Shown here piece by piece: positions 12,389-22,681 of a stretch of 64,000 bases of DNA. The stretch spans positions 433,053 through 497,052 of the forward strand of contig QAMH01000006.1 in assembly GCA_003149935.1 (NCBI GenBank), given 5' to 3'. Position numbers and translations under genes: made by a program. The notes below the pieces were generated by a model. It was not told the origin of the DNA. It searched no databases and was given only the letters and a program-made list of their open reading frames with translations. This DNA is from Coriobacteriia bacterium (lineage in GTDB: Bacteria > Actinomycetota > Coriobacteriia > Coriobacteriales > QAMH01). The first letter of the stretch is position 1; every line of letters begins with the position of its first letter.

Positions 12389-12413
12389 TCAAGAAGCCCA
12401 AAAAGTCCTAAAG

Positions 12414-12680
12414 CTACTTGTCGAGGCTGTTGGCCAAGGCCATGACGCCGCTCTTGCGATTGGCGGCCTGGTTCTTGTGGATGATGCCCTTGCTGACGGC
12501 CTTGTCAAACAGGCGGCAGGCCTTCTTGGCAGTCTCGGTCGCGAGAGCCTTGTCGCCGGCCTCGACAGCCTCGCGCACGCGGCGCACGGCGGTCTTCATC
12601 TCGGCCTTGGCAGCGCGATTGCGCAGACGGGCCTTTTCGTTGGTCTTGATACGCTTCTTCTGACTTTTGATATTCGCCAT
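12414..12680 (-). CDS. rpsT: 30S ribosomal protein S20
   Basis: 88 aa. [33 protein letters not shown]. Confidence 0.95.
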   Translation of the reverse strand: MANIKSQKKRIKTNEKARLRNRAAKAEMKTAVRRVREAVEAGDKALATETAKKACRLFDKAVSKGIIHKNQAANRKSGVMALANSLDK

Positions 12681-12787
12681 TTCCGGCTTTTCCTTTCGAT
12701 GAAACCCATTGTCTCTCGCAGTGGGGTGCGACGAAACTACGAGATAATATCACAGTTGCGCGTCATGTCACGCATCGATTCTGAAAC

Positions 12788-13753
12788 TCAGGCCACGCAG
12801 ACGTCCAAAACCCAACGCTCGAAGACAGCGTCTTTATCCGCCCCTGTCTTCATGGCCTGATCGCACGCTGCGGCGCTGATGAGCGCCTTCTCGAGTTCGG
12901 CCTGCGAAAAGCCGTCAGCCCAGCGTGCGTAGTTCTTGACCTGCCAATCGGGTTTGCTAAGCGCAGATGCAAGAGCACCCGTGCCCTGTCCCTGCAAGTC
13001 CTTTGCGATAAGCAGGTCACGGATCCTGTTGACGCACATGGTAAGCAAGCCAAAGGGGGACTGTGCGTTCATACGCGTAAGAAGCACCGCGCACTTCTTC
13101 GCGTCACGTGCCGAAAGCGCGTCGCTCAGATGCCATGGTTTGGGCTCGGCCACACGTGCGACATGGGCTTGAACCTCGGGCAAATCGATGAGTGCCCCGC
13201 GTCCAAGGGCAATGGCCATCTTCGTGAGCTCGCCATCCAGATGGACGGTCGACTCGCCTACGAGCGAGATGAGCTCCTCGGCCGCCTGGCGCGTAATCGT
13301 CACGCCCTTGCTCTGCGCGAACTGCTGCACCTGCTGGGGAAGCTCGCGGGCGCTACGCGGCGTGCAATCGATAACGGCCTTCTTGTCGACCTTGGCAATC
13401 GCCTTGTACAGACGCGTGTTCTTGGCGAGCTTCTCTGCGATGAGCGCGAGGACGGTCGTGTCATTGGGATTCTCGAGATACGAGACGATGGCCTCTGACG
13501 CCGCCTTCTTGAGACGCTCGGCACCCTGAATGACCACAAGGCGCTTCTCGCTCATGAACGGCAAGGTGTTGCAGGCTCCCGTGATCTCATCAGGCGTGAG
13601 GGCGCCGCCGTCGAAGACATCCTTGTTGAAGTCAAGGTCGCCGAGCTTTGCCATGCGCTCGTTAAGACGACCGAAGACAAACTCGCGCTTGAGCTCGTCA
13701 GCGCCGACAATGAGGTATACGGGAAGAAAATCGTTGTCTGCCATCGACGACAT
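12788..13753 (-). CDS. holA: DNA polymerase III subunit delta
   Basis: 321 aa. YLIVGADELKRE.., PFMSEKRLVV, delta-subunit length and pattern. Sits beside comEC as in most Gram-positives. Confidence 0.85.
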   Translation of the reverse strand: MSSMADNDFLPVYLIVGADELKREFVFGRLNERMAKLGDLDFNKDVFDGGALTPDEITGACNTLPFMSEKRLVVIQGAERLKKAASEAIVSYLENPNDTTVLALIAEKLAKNTRLYKAIAKVDKKAVIDCTPRSARELPQQVQQFAQSKGVTITRQAAEELISLVGESTVHLDGELTKMAIALGRGALIDLPEVQAHVARVAEPKPWHLSDALSARDAKKCAVLLTRMNAQSPFGLLTMCVNRIRDLLIAKDLQGQGTGALASALSKPDWQVKNYARWADGFSQAELEKALISAAACDQAMKTGADKDAVFERWVLDVCVA

Positions 13754-13764
13754 CCCCTAAACAA

Positions 13765-13787
13765 GAAGGCCGGGAAACCCGGCCTTC
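13765..13787 (-). terminator. stem-loop terminator after the tRNA pair
   Basis: GAAGGCCGGG-AAA-CCCGGCCTTC, perfect 10-bp stem. On the minus strand it is followed by TTGTTTAG. Confidence 0.65.
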
Positions 13788-13796
13788 GGTCATCCT

Positions 13797-13873
13797 TGGC
13801 AGCCCGTACCGGATTCGAACCGGTGATCTCCGCCTTGAGAGGGCGGCGTCCTAAACCGCTAGACGAACGGGCC
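13797..13873 (-). tRNA. tRNA-Glu (anticodon CUC)
   Basis: Hand-folded 77 nt: GGCCCGT-TC-GTCTAGCGGTTTAGGAC-G-CCGCC-CTCTCAA-GGCGG-AGATC-ACCGG-TTCGAAT-CCGGT-ACGGGCT-G-CCA. CCA is encoded. Confidence 0.9.
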
Positions 13874-13887
13874 ATTTCATGCGCCAT

Positions 13888-13961
13888 TGGCTGGGGTGGA
13901 AGGAGTCGAACCCTCACTGACGGAACCAGAATCCGCTGTCCTACCATTAGACGACACCCCA
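13888..13961 (-). tRNA. tRNA-Gln (anticodon CUG)
   Basis: Hand-folded 74 nt: TGGGGTG..GCGGA-TTCTGGT-TCCGT..GAGGG-TTCGACT-CCTTC-CACCCCA-G-CCA. Confidence 0.88.
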
Positions 13962-14195
13962 GTAACAAGTGCCGAACCCTGTGTGGCGCGAGATTGCATA
14001 TTACGGAATCGCGCAGGCCACGTCAAGCGAAAGACTCGATTAATTTTGCGGTATTGGCCTGACGGCATCATGGCATGCCTGTCAAGTCCGAATTCTCCCC
14101 GAATATGGTCCGGTTTTGTTCAGATTCTCAGGGTGGTTTGCTCGGATGCCCCACGTCTACCATCACGCATGCAATGCAAACATGATGGAGGCGCC

Positions 14196-14858
14196 ATGAA
14201 TACCGAGGAAGCAAAGCTCAGAGCCCATTCTCTCCTAAGGCAGGCGGGGCTGGCCGAGCTCCCTCGTCCCGTTCTTGCAGGCATCCTCATCATCGGGCTC
14301 GTACTCGTACTTGTCGGTATCTGGCAGTTCTGGCCTCGGGCAAATGCGGATTATATAGCGACGGCAAACCAAGAGCAGCAGACATCGGACGTAAACGCGC
14401 AGCAATCAGCTTCTACGCAAGTCGACATCGTGATCGACGTCGAGGGTGCCGTCAACGCACCCGGACTCTATACGCTTGCAGCTGATTCGCGTGTAGGCGA
14501 GGCTATAGAGGCAGCGGGCGGATTTGCCGCAAATGCTCAGCCAGGAGCAACCAACCTCGCGCAGAAACTCTCCGATGGCGAGCAAATCTTCGTCCCCACC
14601 ATCGAAGAGGCGCAGGGTGCAACGAATGCCACCTCTATAGCTACGACGCCATCATCGAAGCAAAACGGGAAGATCAATATCAACACGGCGAACGCCGAAG
14701 AGCTACAGAAGCTCTCGGGCGTGGGGCCTGCCCTCTCGGGACGTATCATCGACTATCGCGAGTCGAAGGGACGCTTCTCCTCAATCGAGGACCTCAAGGA
14801 AGTCTCGGGCATTGGCGAGACCCGCTTCGAAAACCTCAAGGACAAGATCTGCGTATGA
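14196..14858 (+). CDS. comEA: competence protein ComEA (DNA receptor; TM + SLBB + helix-hairpin-helix)
   Basis: I start at ATG 14196 (GGAGG 6 nt upstream). The track ORF from 13887 overlaps both tRNAs. TM helix VLAGILIIGLVLVLVGIW. C-terminal NINTANAEELQKLSGVGPALSGRIIDYRESKGRFSSIEDL. Confidence 0.85.
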   Translation: MNTEEAKLRAHSLLRQAGLAELPRPVLAGILIIGLVLVLVGIWQFWPRANADYIATANQEQQTSDVNAQQSASTQVDIVIDVEGAVNAPGLYTLAADSRVGEAIEAAGGFAANAQPGATNLAQKLSDGEQIFVPTIEEAQGATNATSIATTPSSKQNGKININTANAEELQKLSGVGPALSGRIIDYRESKGRFSSIEDLKEVSGIGETRFENLKDKICV

Positions 14859-17248
14859 ACTCCCATGAGAGGGGCCTTCCCTCACGTCCATCGTTGCCGC
14901 CTCTCCTACTTGCCGCTCTCTCAGCCTGGATTGCAGTTTGTCTCTCGGAGGAGTTATGCTGGCAGCTCTATGCAGACGCATGCGTGGCGGCAGCTCTTCT
15001 TATGTGCCTTATTGCCCTGCTTGTCATCGGCACGATCGTCATTGGCATCAAGCATCATGGATTCGCGGTTGTCTGCATCGCCTTCACAAGCGTATGTATA
15101 TGCGGGCTTTTCTGGTGGGGCGGATGGGCAAAAGACGTCGAGCATCTCCCTACCCTTTTTGAACAAACTCCGACACTCGAGCTTGACTTGACGGGAGATC
15201 CAGCTGTCAGGGATTACGGCACCATCTCGACAGCGCGCATAAGCTGTAATGCCGGCAGCATCAGCGTGCGACTCATCTGGCCCGAAGGTGCCGAGCCGCT
15301 CTCTGCGGGACATCGTATCGCCGTCACGGGCAGCATATCATCGCCCAAACTTGACGATGGCGGCCGATGGAATCATCGCAACGGCTTTGCGGGTATGCTT
15401 CGCGCATCACACGTCGAAGAGCTTGGATATTCTCCGGGCTTGCGCGGATTCGTGACTTCGTTTCGTGACGACTCCTTCGCGCGTGTTGCCTCGATTGAAG
15501 GCGATGCAGCGGGTCTGCTTGCCGGCGTTTTGCTCGGAAACCGAACGCTCTATGCCGGGTCCGAGCTTGAGCAAGCATTCCAGACAACGGGGCTTGCACA
15601 TCTCATGGCCGTCTCGGGTACGCACCTTGCCATCGTGACGATGTTGCTTTCCGCATTGCTTGCGAGAAGCTCCCTGCGACGCAAGGTTCGTAGCGCCGTG
15701 CTTATCATTGGCCTCATTATCTACGCGGCGATTACAGGCTTTGCTCCGTCAGCCTTGCGTGCCGCCACGATGTGCTCGGTTGCCCTTGTCCTGGGGGCAC
15801 TCAAGACGCGTGCTTCGGCACTGAGTGCACTGTCTCTGTGCATGCTTGTCTTCCTTGGCCTCTCCCCGCCCATAGCCTTCTCCCTCGGATTCCAACTCTC
15901 CGTACTCTCGGTGCTCGGACTCATCATCTTCGCCAGACTTGCCGATTGCTGGCTCGGGCATGCACTACCGCGGCTTCCCCCGAGTCTCGTCTCATCAGTG
16001 GCGGCGACCATCGTCGCATCGTCTGCCACGCTCCCGATGACCGTAACGCAATTCGCGCAGTTGCCGCTCATATCACCTGTAGCCAACCTGCTCGCAGCGC
16101 CTCTTGTCACCGGCATGCTCTGTCTCGGTATCATCGCGCTCGTCATCGGCAGCGTCTTCGCTCCTCTTGGATTCCTGTTGCTGCAAATCGCGGCGACCTT
16201 TGCATCATGCTGCGCCACGCTCGTGCGCATGCTTGCCGATATGCCGCTTGCCTGCCTTCCCCTTTCGAGCGCTACGCACGCGATTGCAGCCTTGTTCTGC
16301 ATTCTGTTCATCGCGCTGTGGGTATTTTGGCCACTTCCTCAACGTAGCGTAGATTCCGAAGGAAGGCAGAGCCCTCCCCTATCGCGCAACAAGCTTCTCA
16401 AGACATGCAGCGCCTTCATAGTGCCCATCGCGCTCGTTCTCCTTCTGGGTTTTGGGCAGTCGGCAAGACCATGGCAAGCGTCAGATGCACGCATGGTAAT
16501 GCTCGACGTGGGACAAGGTGATAGCATCCTTATCCAGAGCAAGGCAGCTAACATCCTCGTGGATACGGGCGAACAAGGAGATGTGCTCCTGCGCGAACTT
16601 GCCGAGCAGGGCGTCACGCACCTCGATGCCGTCATCATCAGTCACAAGGACGCCGACCATGCCGGAGCGCTCAAGAAGCTCGCTGGTGTCGTCGTGGTCG
16701 ATCACGTGTACGTGCATGCAGACTTGATCGACCAGGCTTTCATGGAGAAGGTTCTCGAATCCGCACGTTGGGTGACGAGCGGACGCGAAGGCGAGGGCGT
16801 GCGCCCTGGTACCACCTTACGGGCTGGACAGTTTTCCCTCAGCATCATTGCGCCACAAGATGGCGGAACAAGCGAGAACGAGGACAGCCTTGTCGGATTG
16901 CTCGAGTTCGATGCGGACGGTGATGGCAATGCCGACGCACGTGGGCTGCTCACAGGCGATGCCGAAAGCGAGGCGCTGGAGCGCGTCGTATCGCAGGTAG
17001 GCGATATCGACTTTCTTAAAGTCGCCCACCACGGCAGCAAGGGTGGCCTGACAGACGAACAGCTCGCGGAGCTTTCCCCCGAGATCGCACTCATCAGCGT
17101 AGGAGCCAATAACAAATACGGACATCCCAGCACCGAAACCGTGAAGATGCTCGAAGACCACGGAGCGCGCATCTACCGCACCGACAAGCAAGGCGCCATC
17201 AGTGTTGGCTTCTCCGACACGGGAATGCACGTGACACCGGAGCGATAA
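14855..17248 (+). CDS. comEC: DNA internalization competence protein ComEC/Rec2
   Basis: 797 aa. Polytopic competence domain (AHLMAVSGTHL) plus C-terminal metallo-beta-lactamase domain (MLDVGQGDSILIQ, ISHKDADHAGAL, KVAHHGS). ATGA overlap with comEA. Confidence 0.92.
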   Translation: MNSHERGLPSRPSLPPLLLAALSAWIAVCLSEELCWQLYADACVAAALLMCLIALLVIGTIVIGIKHHGFAVVCIAFTSVCICGLFWWGGWAKDVEHLPTLFEQTPTLELDLTGDPAVRDYGTISTARISCNAGSISVRLIWPEGAEPLSAGHRIAVTGSISSPKLDDGGRWNHRNGFAGMLRASHVEELGYSPGLRGFVTSFRDDSFARVASIEGDAAGLLAGVLLGNRTLYAGSELEQAFQTTGLAHLMAVSGTHLAIVTMLLSALLARSSLRRKVRSAVLIIGLIIYAAITGFAPSALRAATMCSVALVLGALKTRASALSALSLCMLVFLGLSPPIAFSLGFQLSVLSVLGLIIFARLADCWLGHALPRLPPSLVSSVAATIVASSATLPMTVTQFAQLPLISPVANLLAAPLVTGMLCLGIIALVIGSVFAPLGFLLLQIAATFASCCATLVRMLADMPLACLPLSSATHAIAALFCILFIALWVFWPLPQRSVDSEGRQSPPLSRNKLLKTCSAFIVPIALVLLLGFGQSARPWQASDARMVMLDVGQGDSILIQSKAANILVDTGEQGDVLLRELAEQGVTHLDAVIISHKDADHAGALKKLAGVVVVDHVYVHADLIDQAFMEKVLESARWVTSGREGEGVRPGTTLRAGQFSLSIIAPQDGGTSENEDSLVGLLEFDADGDGNADARGLLTGDAESEALERVVSQVGDIDFLKVAHHGSKGGLTDEQLAELSPEIALISVGANNKYGHPSTETVKMLEDHGARIYRTDKQGAISVGFSDTGMHVTPER

Positions 17249-17308
17249 ATAATGAAGATGCCAATGACTCCCAAATCCATGCGTGCCTCTACGGCGTGAC
17301 GAAGCATT

Positions 17309-17341
17309 CCGTTTGGGGCACATGAAACGTGCCCCAAACGG
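17309..17341. terminator. perfect 13-bp hairpin between convergent comEC and acyl-CoA ligase genes
   Basis: CCGTTTGGGGCAC-ATGAAAC-GTGCCCCAAACGG followed by TTGCTTTTC on the plus strand. Confidence 0.7.
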
Positions 17342-17364
17342 TTGCTTTTCGTCAGAAAGCGGCA

Positions 17365-17410
17365 GGAATGTTCGTTTGGGGTACATCGCGCGTGCCCCAA
17401 ACGCTATTCC
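17365..17410. terminator. second copy of the same hairpin (12-bp stem with one T.G, plus outer GGAAT/ATTCC)
   Basis: GGAAT-GTT-CGTTTGGGGTAC-ATCGCGC-GTGCCCCAAACG-CT-ATTCC. Same arm sequence as 17309-17341. Confidence 0.55.
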
Positions 17411-17458
17411 TCGTCAACTCGAAGCGAATAACGCGCCCCAAACGCTATTCCTCGTCAA
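17394..17458. repeat. 24-nt direct repeat (period 41 nt) duplicating the 3' end of the ligase gene
   Basis: GCCCCAAACGCTATTCCTCGTCAA occurs at 17394-17417 and 17435-17458. The second copy contains the real stop and last codons (..FDEE*) of the 17445-19280 gene. Confidence 0.85.
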
Positions 17459-19280
17459 AGACCTCTTGGTCCGTGCGGCCGGTGAGCTCCTTGGCCATCT
17501 CGCGCAGCTTGAACTTCTGGATCTTGTTGGCCGGGTTCATGGGGAACTCGTCGACGAAGAACACGAACTTGGGCACCTTGAAACGCGCGATGCGCGGGAT
17601 CGCGTACTCGCGCACGTCCTCCTGCGTCATGTCCTCGTAGCCTTCGCGCGTGCGGATGAAGGCGGTCACGACCTCGCCGTACTTCTCGTCGGGACAGCCC
17701 ACGACCTGCGCGTCGAGCACGCCGGGCATCGTGAGCAGGAAGTTCTCGACCTCAAGCGGATAGATGTTCTCGCCGCCGCGGATGATCATGTCCTTGATGC
17801 GGCCCGTGACGCGGAAGTAGCCCTCCTCGTCGATGGTACCCATGTCACCGGAGTGCAGGTAGCCTTCCTCGTCGATGGCCTTGGCCGTCTCCTCGGGCAT
17901 CTTGTAGTAGCCCTTCATGACGTTGTAGCCGCGGCAGCACAGCTCGCCGTGCTGACCCGGGCCCAGAGGCTCGCCCGTGTTGACGTCGGCAACCTTGACC
18001 GATACCGGCGGGTGCTTGCGGCCCACCGTCGTGCACTTGTGCTCGACATCGTCATCGACGCTCGTCTGCGTGAACACCGGGCTCGTCTCGGTGAGCCCGT
18101 AGCAGATGGTGATGTCGTGCATGTTCATCTTGTCGATGACCTCCTGCATGGTCGCGGGAGGGCAAGGCGAGCCGGCCATGATGCCGGTGCGCAGGCTCGA
18201 CATGTCGTATTTCTCGAAATCGGGATGGTTGAGCTCGGCGATGTACATGGTGGGGACGCCATACACCGCGGTTGCCTTCTCGCGGTCAATGCCGCGCAGG
18301 ACCATCTCGGCGTCAAAATCCTCGATGCCCACGATGGTGCAGCGATGCGTGAGGATGGCCATGATGCCGAGCACGCAGCCAAAGCAGTGGAAGTACGGCA
18401 CCGGCAGGCACACGCGATCGTTGGGCGTGAGCTTCATGCCCTCGCCGATGAAGAATCCGTCGTTGAGGATGTTGCGATGCGTGAGCATGACGCCCTTGGG
18501 AAAGCCCGTCGTGCCGCTCGTGTACTGCATCATGCAGCAGTCGTTGTTATCGAAGGACTGGGTGACCTTCACGAGCTCCTCGGCATCGACGTATTCGCCA
18601 AGCAGGAGCAGCTCGGGCACATTGTAGAAACCGCGATGCTTCTCGGGCCCCATGTAAATGAGGTTCTTGAGGAAGGGATATTCCTCGGTGTTGAGATAGC
18701 CACGCTGCTGCGTGAGGGATTCCGGCACGAGGTCGCGAATGATTCCCTTGTAATCGATGTCGCGATACTGGTCGATGATGCACAGCGCCTTCATATCGCT
18801 TTGCTTGAGTACGTAATCGAGCTCGTTGGACTTGAAGACCGGATTCATCGTAACCATGACGACGCCGATCTTGGCACAGGCGTACATGAAGGTGACCCAG
18901 TCGGGGATATTGCGAGCCCAGACGCCCAGATGGTCGCCCGGACGCATGCCGATGTAGAGCATGCCGCGGGCAAGGCGGTCGGTCCTATCGTTGAACTCCG
19001 CATAGGTCCAGCGCAAGGCGCGATCGGGATAGACCATGAACTCATGATCGGGATCGATCGCGGTCTGGAAGCGCAGGTAATCGCCGAGCGTCATCTCGGA
19101 GAGCAGCGGGTAGTCCTGATCGCCAAACTGCGGAACGCTACCATCCTCGCGCGCAGACGGATGCATGATCTCCTCTGCACGCTCGAGGCGAAAGTCAATC
19201 TCCTCCTGGGTCCACCCGTTTTCCGTGACGAGGTGATCCGTTGCCATGTAGGCGGGAGATTCCTCCATAACCTTTGTCAT
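17445..19280 (-). CDS. AMP-forming acyl-CoA synthetase (FadD/medium- to long-chain-like)
   Basis: 611 aa. [58 protein letters not shown]. Confidence 0.88.
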   Translation of the reverse strand: MTKVMEESPAYMATDHLVTENGWTQEEIDFRLERAEEIMHPSAREDGSVPQFGDQDYPLLSEMTLGDYLRFQTAIDPDHEFMVYPDRALRWTYAEFNDRTDRLARGMLYIGMRPGDHLGVWARNIPDWVTFMYACAKIGVVMVTMNPVFKSNELDYVLKQSDMKALCIIDQYRDIDYKGIIRDLVPESLTQQRGYLNTEEYPFLKNLIYMGPEKHRGFYNVPELLLLGEYVDAEELVKVTQSFDNNDCCMMQYTSGTTGFPKGVMLTHRNILNDGFFIGEGMKLTPNDRVCLPVPYFHCFGCVLGIMAILTHRCTIVGIEDFDAEMVLRGIDREKATAVYGVPTMYIAELNHPDFEKYDMSSLRTGIMAGSPCPPATMQEVIDKMNMHDITICYGLTETSPVFTQTSVDDDVEHKCTTVGRKHPPVSVKVADVNTGEPLGPGQHGELCCRGYNVMKGYYKMPEETAKAIDEEGYLHSGDMGTIDEEGYFRVTGRIKDMIIRGGENIYPLEVENFLLTMPGVLDAQVVGCPDEKYGEVVTAFIRTREGYEDMTQEDVREYAIPRIARFKVPKFVFFVDEFPMNPANKIQKFKLREMAKELTGRTDQEVFDEE

Positions 19281-19298
19281 TGTCAGCAGCGCCCCCTT

Positions 19299-19883
19299 CT
19301 AAACCGGCGTGTACACGACGGCGAGAAACTTCGCCTTCTGGCCATCATGGGCACGAACCTCATGCGGAACGATGGAGTCGTAGTAGATGGACTCACCGGG
19401 ATGCAATACGAAAAGCTCCTTGCCATACTCGATCTCGATCTCGCCCTCCATGCCATAGAGCCATTCCTCGCCCTCATGACCGACGAGCTTGTGGCTCGTC
19501 TCGCCAGAAGGATCGACGGTGATGATGAAGGGATCGATGTGACGCGATGGTTTGCCGGTAGCCAGGCTGAAGTAGGACAGGTCACCCGCATCGTTATTCG
19601 TCTCGAGACTCTTGAGGCGCGTAACCTCCTCCATTTGCTCGGACGAGATGTACAGGGGTCCCAAAGCCTCGTCGTCGTCCATGAGCGTGCCGAGGCGCAC
19701 GCCAAGAGCGCGCGTGATCTTGATAAGGGGCGCTAGCGAAGGGGGGAGCTCGCCGTTCTCGAGGCCAACGATGGTCTCGATGTCGCACTGGCAGCGGTCT
19801 GCCAGATCCTGCTGCGTAAGGTGATGCGCCTCGCGCAGGGTCGTGATTTTGGTTCCCAGCTTGTTGTTTACTTCTTCGCTCAT
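19299..19883 (-). CDS. XRE-family HTH transcriptional regulator with C-terminal cupin domain
   Basis: I start at ATG 19883 (MSEEVNNKLG..; AGGAG upstream), giving 194 aa. HTH LREAHHLTQQDLADRCQ, cupin GHEGEEWLYGMEGEIEIEY..PGESIYYDS..H. 18 nt upstream of the ligase. Confidence 0.82.
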   Translation of the reverse strand: MSEEVNNKLGTKITTLREAHHLTQQDLADRCQCDIETIVGLENGELPPSLAPLIKITRALGVRLGTLMDDDEALGPLYISSEQMEEVTRLKSLETNNDAGDLSYFSLATGKPSRHIDPFIITVDPSGETSHKLVGHEGEEWLYGMEGEIEIEYGKELFVLHPGESIYYDSIVPHEVRAHDGQKAKFLAVVYTPV

Positions 19884-19961
19884 GCCTTTCTCCTTATCCT
19901 TGCTATCCTTCACTCGCCATCCAAGCGAGTAAATCCCATACAGTACCATGTATATCCAAGA

Positions 19962-19986
19962 ACGGCTCCCCATATTGAGGAGCCGT
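19962..19986 (-). terminator. stem-loop after the oxidoreductase gamma subunit
   Basis: Minus strand: ACGGCTCC-TCAATATGG-GGAGCCGT followed by TCTTGGATAT. It would separate the oxidoreductase operon from the downstream regulator-ligase unit. Confidence 0.5.
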
Positions 19987-20010
19987 CCACAATAGACCAT
20001 GTCGGGCTCA

Positions 20011-20546
20011 TTACATAGCTATGCCAAGCTCAAGTGCGGCTAGGTTTTTATCGACCATCTCGACCTTGCGTGCGGGGACGGCCTTGCGGATAGCCGCATC
20101 GAGCGTCTCGCGCTGGCAGAACTGCGTCTCGGCCCAGAGCTTGCCCACGCATACGATATTAGCGAGGCCCTTGAGCCCCTCTTCCTCGGCAGCCGAGGTC
20201 GCGGGAATCATGAACGAGGTGATGTCGCCACGCGACGGACCGTTATTGGTGAGTGCGCTGTCGATGACCATGATGCCGCCGGGCACGATGGCATCCTCAA
20301 ACTTGTCGACCGATGGCTGGTTCATGGCGATGACCGCCGTGGGATTGGTGATGAGCGGCGAGCCAATGGGCTCGTCGGCAAGCGTCACCGAGCAGTTCGC
20401 GGTTCCGCCTCGCATCTCGGGACCGTACGAGGGCAGCCACGAAACCTGACGATCCTCGATGAGGCCCGCATACGCAATGACCTTGCCGCCGAAGAGCAGA
20501 CCCTGTCCACCAAAGCCGGAGAGGATGAAACGCATTTCCTGATTCA

Positions 20547-20550
<4 letters not shown>
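20011..20550 (-). CDS. 2-oxoacid:ferredoxin oxidoreductase, gamma subunit
   Basis: 179 aa. RFILSGFGGQGLLFGGKVIAYAG..SYGPEMRGGTANC. Confidence 0.9.
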
Positions 20551-21380
<830 letters not shown>

Positions 21381-21381
21381 G

Positions 21382-22446
21382 CTACTCACCCACTTTCTGA
21401 TCGAAGGCGACAATGGCATCGAGCACCTCATCAGGCGTCGGGATAACGCCACCCGTACGACCATAGAACTCGACGGGGGCGCGACCGGCAACGACGAGAC
21501 GCACGTCCTCGACCATCTGGCCCATGTTCATCTCGACCGTGAGGTAGCCCTTGGCATGGCTGACGGTCTTCTCGAGCGCATCGACCGGGAACGGCCAAAG
21601 CGTCACGGGACGGAAAAGACCCGCCTTGATGCCTTGCTCGCGAGCGGCTCGCACGGCGTTACGCGCAATACGCGCCGCCGCGCCGAAAGCGACGACGATG
21701 ATGTCGGCGTCATCGCAGAGGAACTCTTCCGAAATCTGCTCGCGTTCCTTGATGAGCTCATAGCGCTCGAAACGCTCATGGTTGATGCGGTCGAGATCCT
21801 CGGCCGTGAGGTAGAGCGAGTTCGCGACGTTGTGCTCGCGCTCGTTGTTGTGTCCCGTGCAGGCCCAGGGGCGCTCGGGAAGTTTCTCGATGGGATCACG
21901 CAGCTCGACCGGCTCCATCATCTGGCCAAGCAGGCCGTCGGCCAAAATCATGACGGGCATGCGGTACTCGTCGGCGATATCGAAGGCCTTATAGGTGTAA
22001 TCGGCCATCTCCTGCACGGTCGAGGGTGCGTAGACGACCATCTGGAAATCGCCATGGCCGAGTGCCTTGGTAGCCTGCCAGTAATCGGACTGGGAGGGCT
22101 GGATGGAACCGAGACCCGGACCACCACGCATGACGTTGATGATGACGGCAGGAAGATCGGCACCGGCAATGTAGGAAACGCCCTCGCTCTTGAGCGAGAT
22201 GCCGGGCGACGACGAGGAGGTCATCGCGCGTGCGCCTGCGGCAGCAGCGCCATAGACCATGTTAATGGCCGCGACCTCACTCTCGGCCTGCAGGAAGGTG
22301 CCGCCGATCTTGGGCATGTGCTTGGACATGTAGGCGGACAGCTCCGTCTGCGGCGTAATGGGATACCCGAAGAAGTGCTTGCAGCCAGCGCGCATGGCGC
22401 TTTCTGCCAAGACCTCGTTTCCCTTCATGAGCACTTTCTCTGACAT
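21382..22446 (-). CDS. 2-oxoacid:ferredoxin oxidoreductase, alpha subunit
   Basis: I start at ATG 22446 (MSEKVLMKGNEVLAESAMRAGCKHFFGYPITPQTE; GGAGG upstream). 354 aa. Confidence 0.9.
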   Translation of the reverse strand: MSEKVLMKGNEVLAESAMRAGCKHFFGYPITPQTELSAYMSKHMPKIGGTFLQAESEVAAINMVYGAAAAGARAMTSSSSPGISLKSEGVSYIAGADLPAVIINVMRGGPGLGSIQPSQSDYWQATKALGHGDFQMVVYAPSTVQEMADYTYKAFDIADEYRMPVMILADGLLGQMMEPVELRDPIEKLPERPWACTGHNNEREHNVANSLYLTAEDLDRINHERFERYELIKEREQISEEFLCDDADIIVVAFGAAARIARNAVRAAREQGIKAGLFRPVTLWPFPVDALEKTVSHAKGYLTVEMNMGQMVEDVRLVVAGRAPVEFYGRTGGVIPTPDEVLDAIVAFDQKVGE

Positions 22447-22450
22447 CGTG

Positions 22451-22657
22451 CTACCTCCAGACCGTAATCGCGACATCGGGGCACATGAGTGCGCACGAGC
22501 AACATCCCGTACACCTATCCATATCGATGCAATGCGCCGGATGGTAGCCCTTGTCCGTTATCTTGTCCTGGTCGAGCTCGACGATGTGCACGGGACATGC
22601 ATCGACGCAGAGGCCACAGCCCTTGCAAAATGCATCGTCAACGATCATTTTCGCCAT
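22451..22657 (-). CDS. 2-oxoacid:ferredoxin oxidoreductase, delta subunit (2x[4Fe-4S] ferredoxin)
   Basis: 68 aa. CKGCGLCVDACP and CTGCCSCALMCP. Confidence 0.88.
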   Translation of the reverse strand: MAKMIVDDAFCKGCGLCVDACPVHIVELDQDKITDKGYHPAHCIDMDRCTGCCSCALMCPDVAITVWR

Positions 22658-22681
22658 GTGTAAGCTCCTTTCTCGACCCGA

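Noticed and set aside
13887-14195. N-terminal 103 codons of the track's 323-aa comEA ORF.
   Set aside because: This part runs across tRNA-Gln (antisense) and an untranslated spacer. An internal ATG at 14196 with a GGAGG RBS gives a normal ComEA with an N-terminal TM helix.
17309-17458. Possible miniature CRISPR array (repeated 12-24-nt units with spacers).
   Set aside because: There are only two to three units. The repeats are the two arms of hairpins, not direct repeats with unique spacers. No cas genes are present. One copy is simply the duplicated end of a CDS.
17283-19736. Very long plus-strand ORF (817 aa). Similar long ORFs occur at 1484-3025 (+), 6702-7886 (+), 23386-24699 (+), 35292-36437 (+), 39072-40361 (+), 41514-42833 (+) and 59934-61103 (+).
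   Set aside because: Each lies antisense to a gene with clear family motifs on the minus strand. Their translations are low-complexity and rich in R/A/G/L/D/H/V with no recognisable motifs. These are typical shadow ORFs of high-GC DNA.
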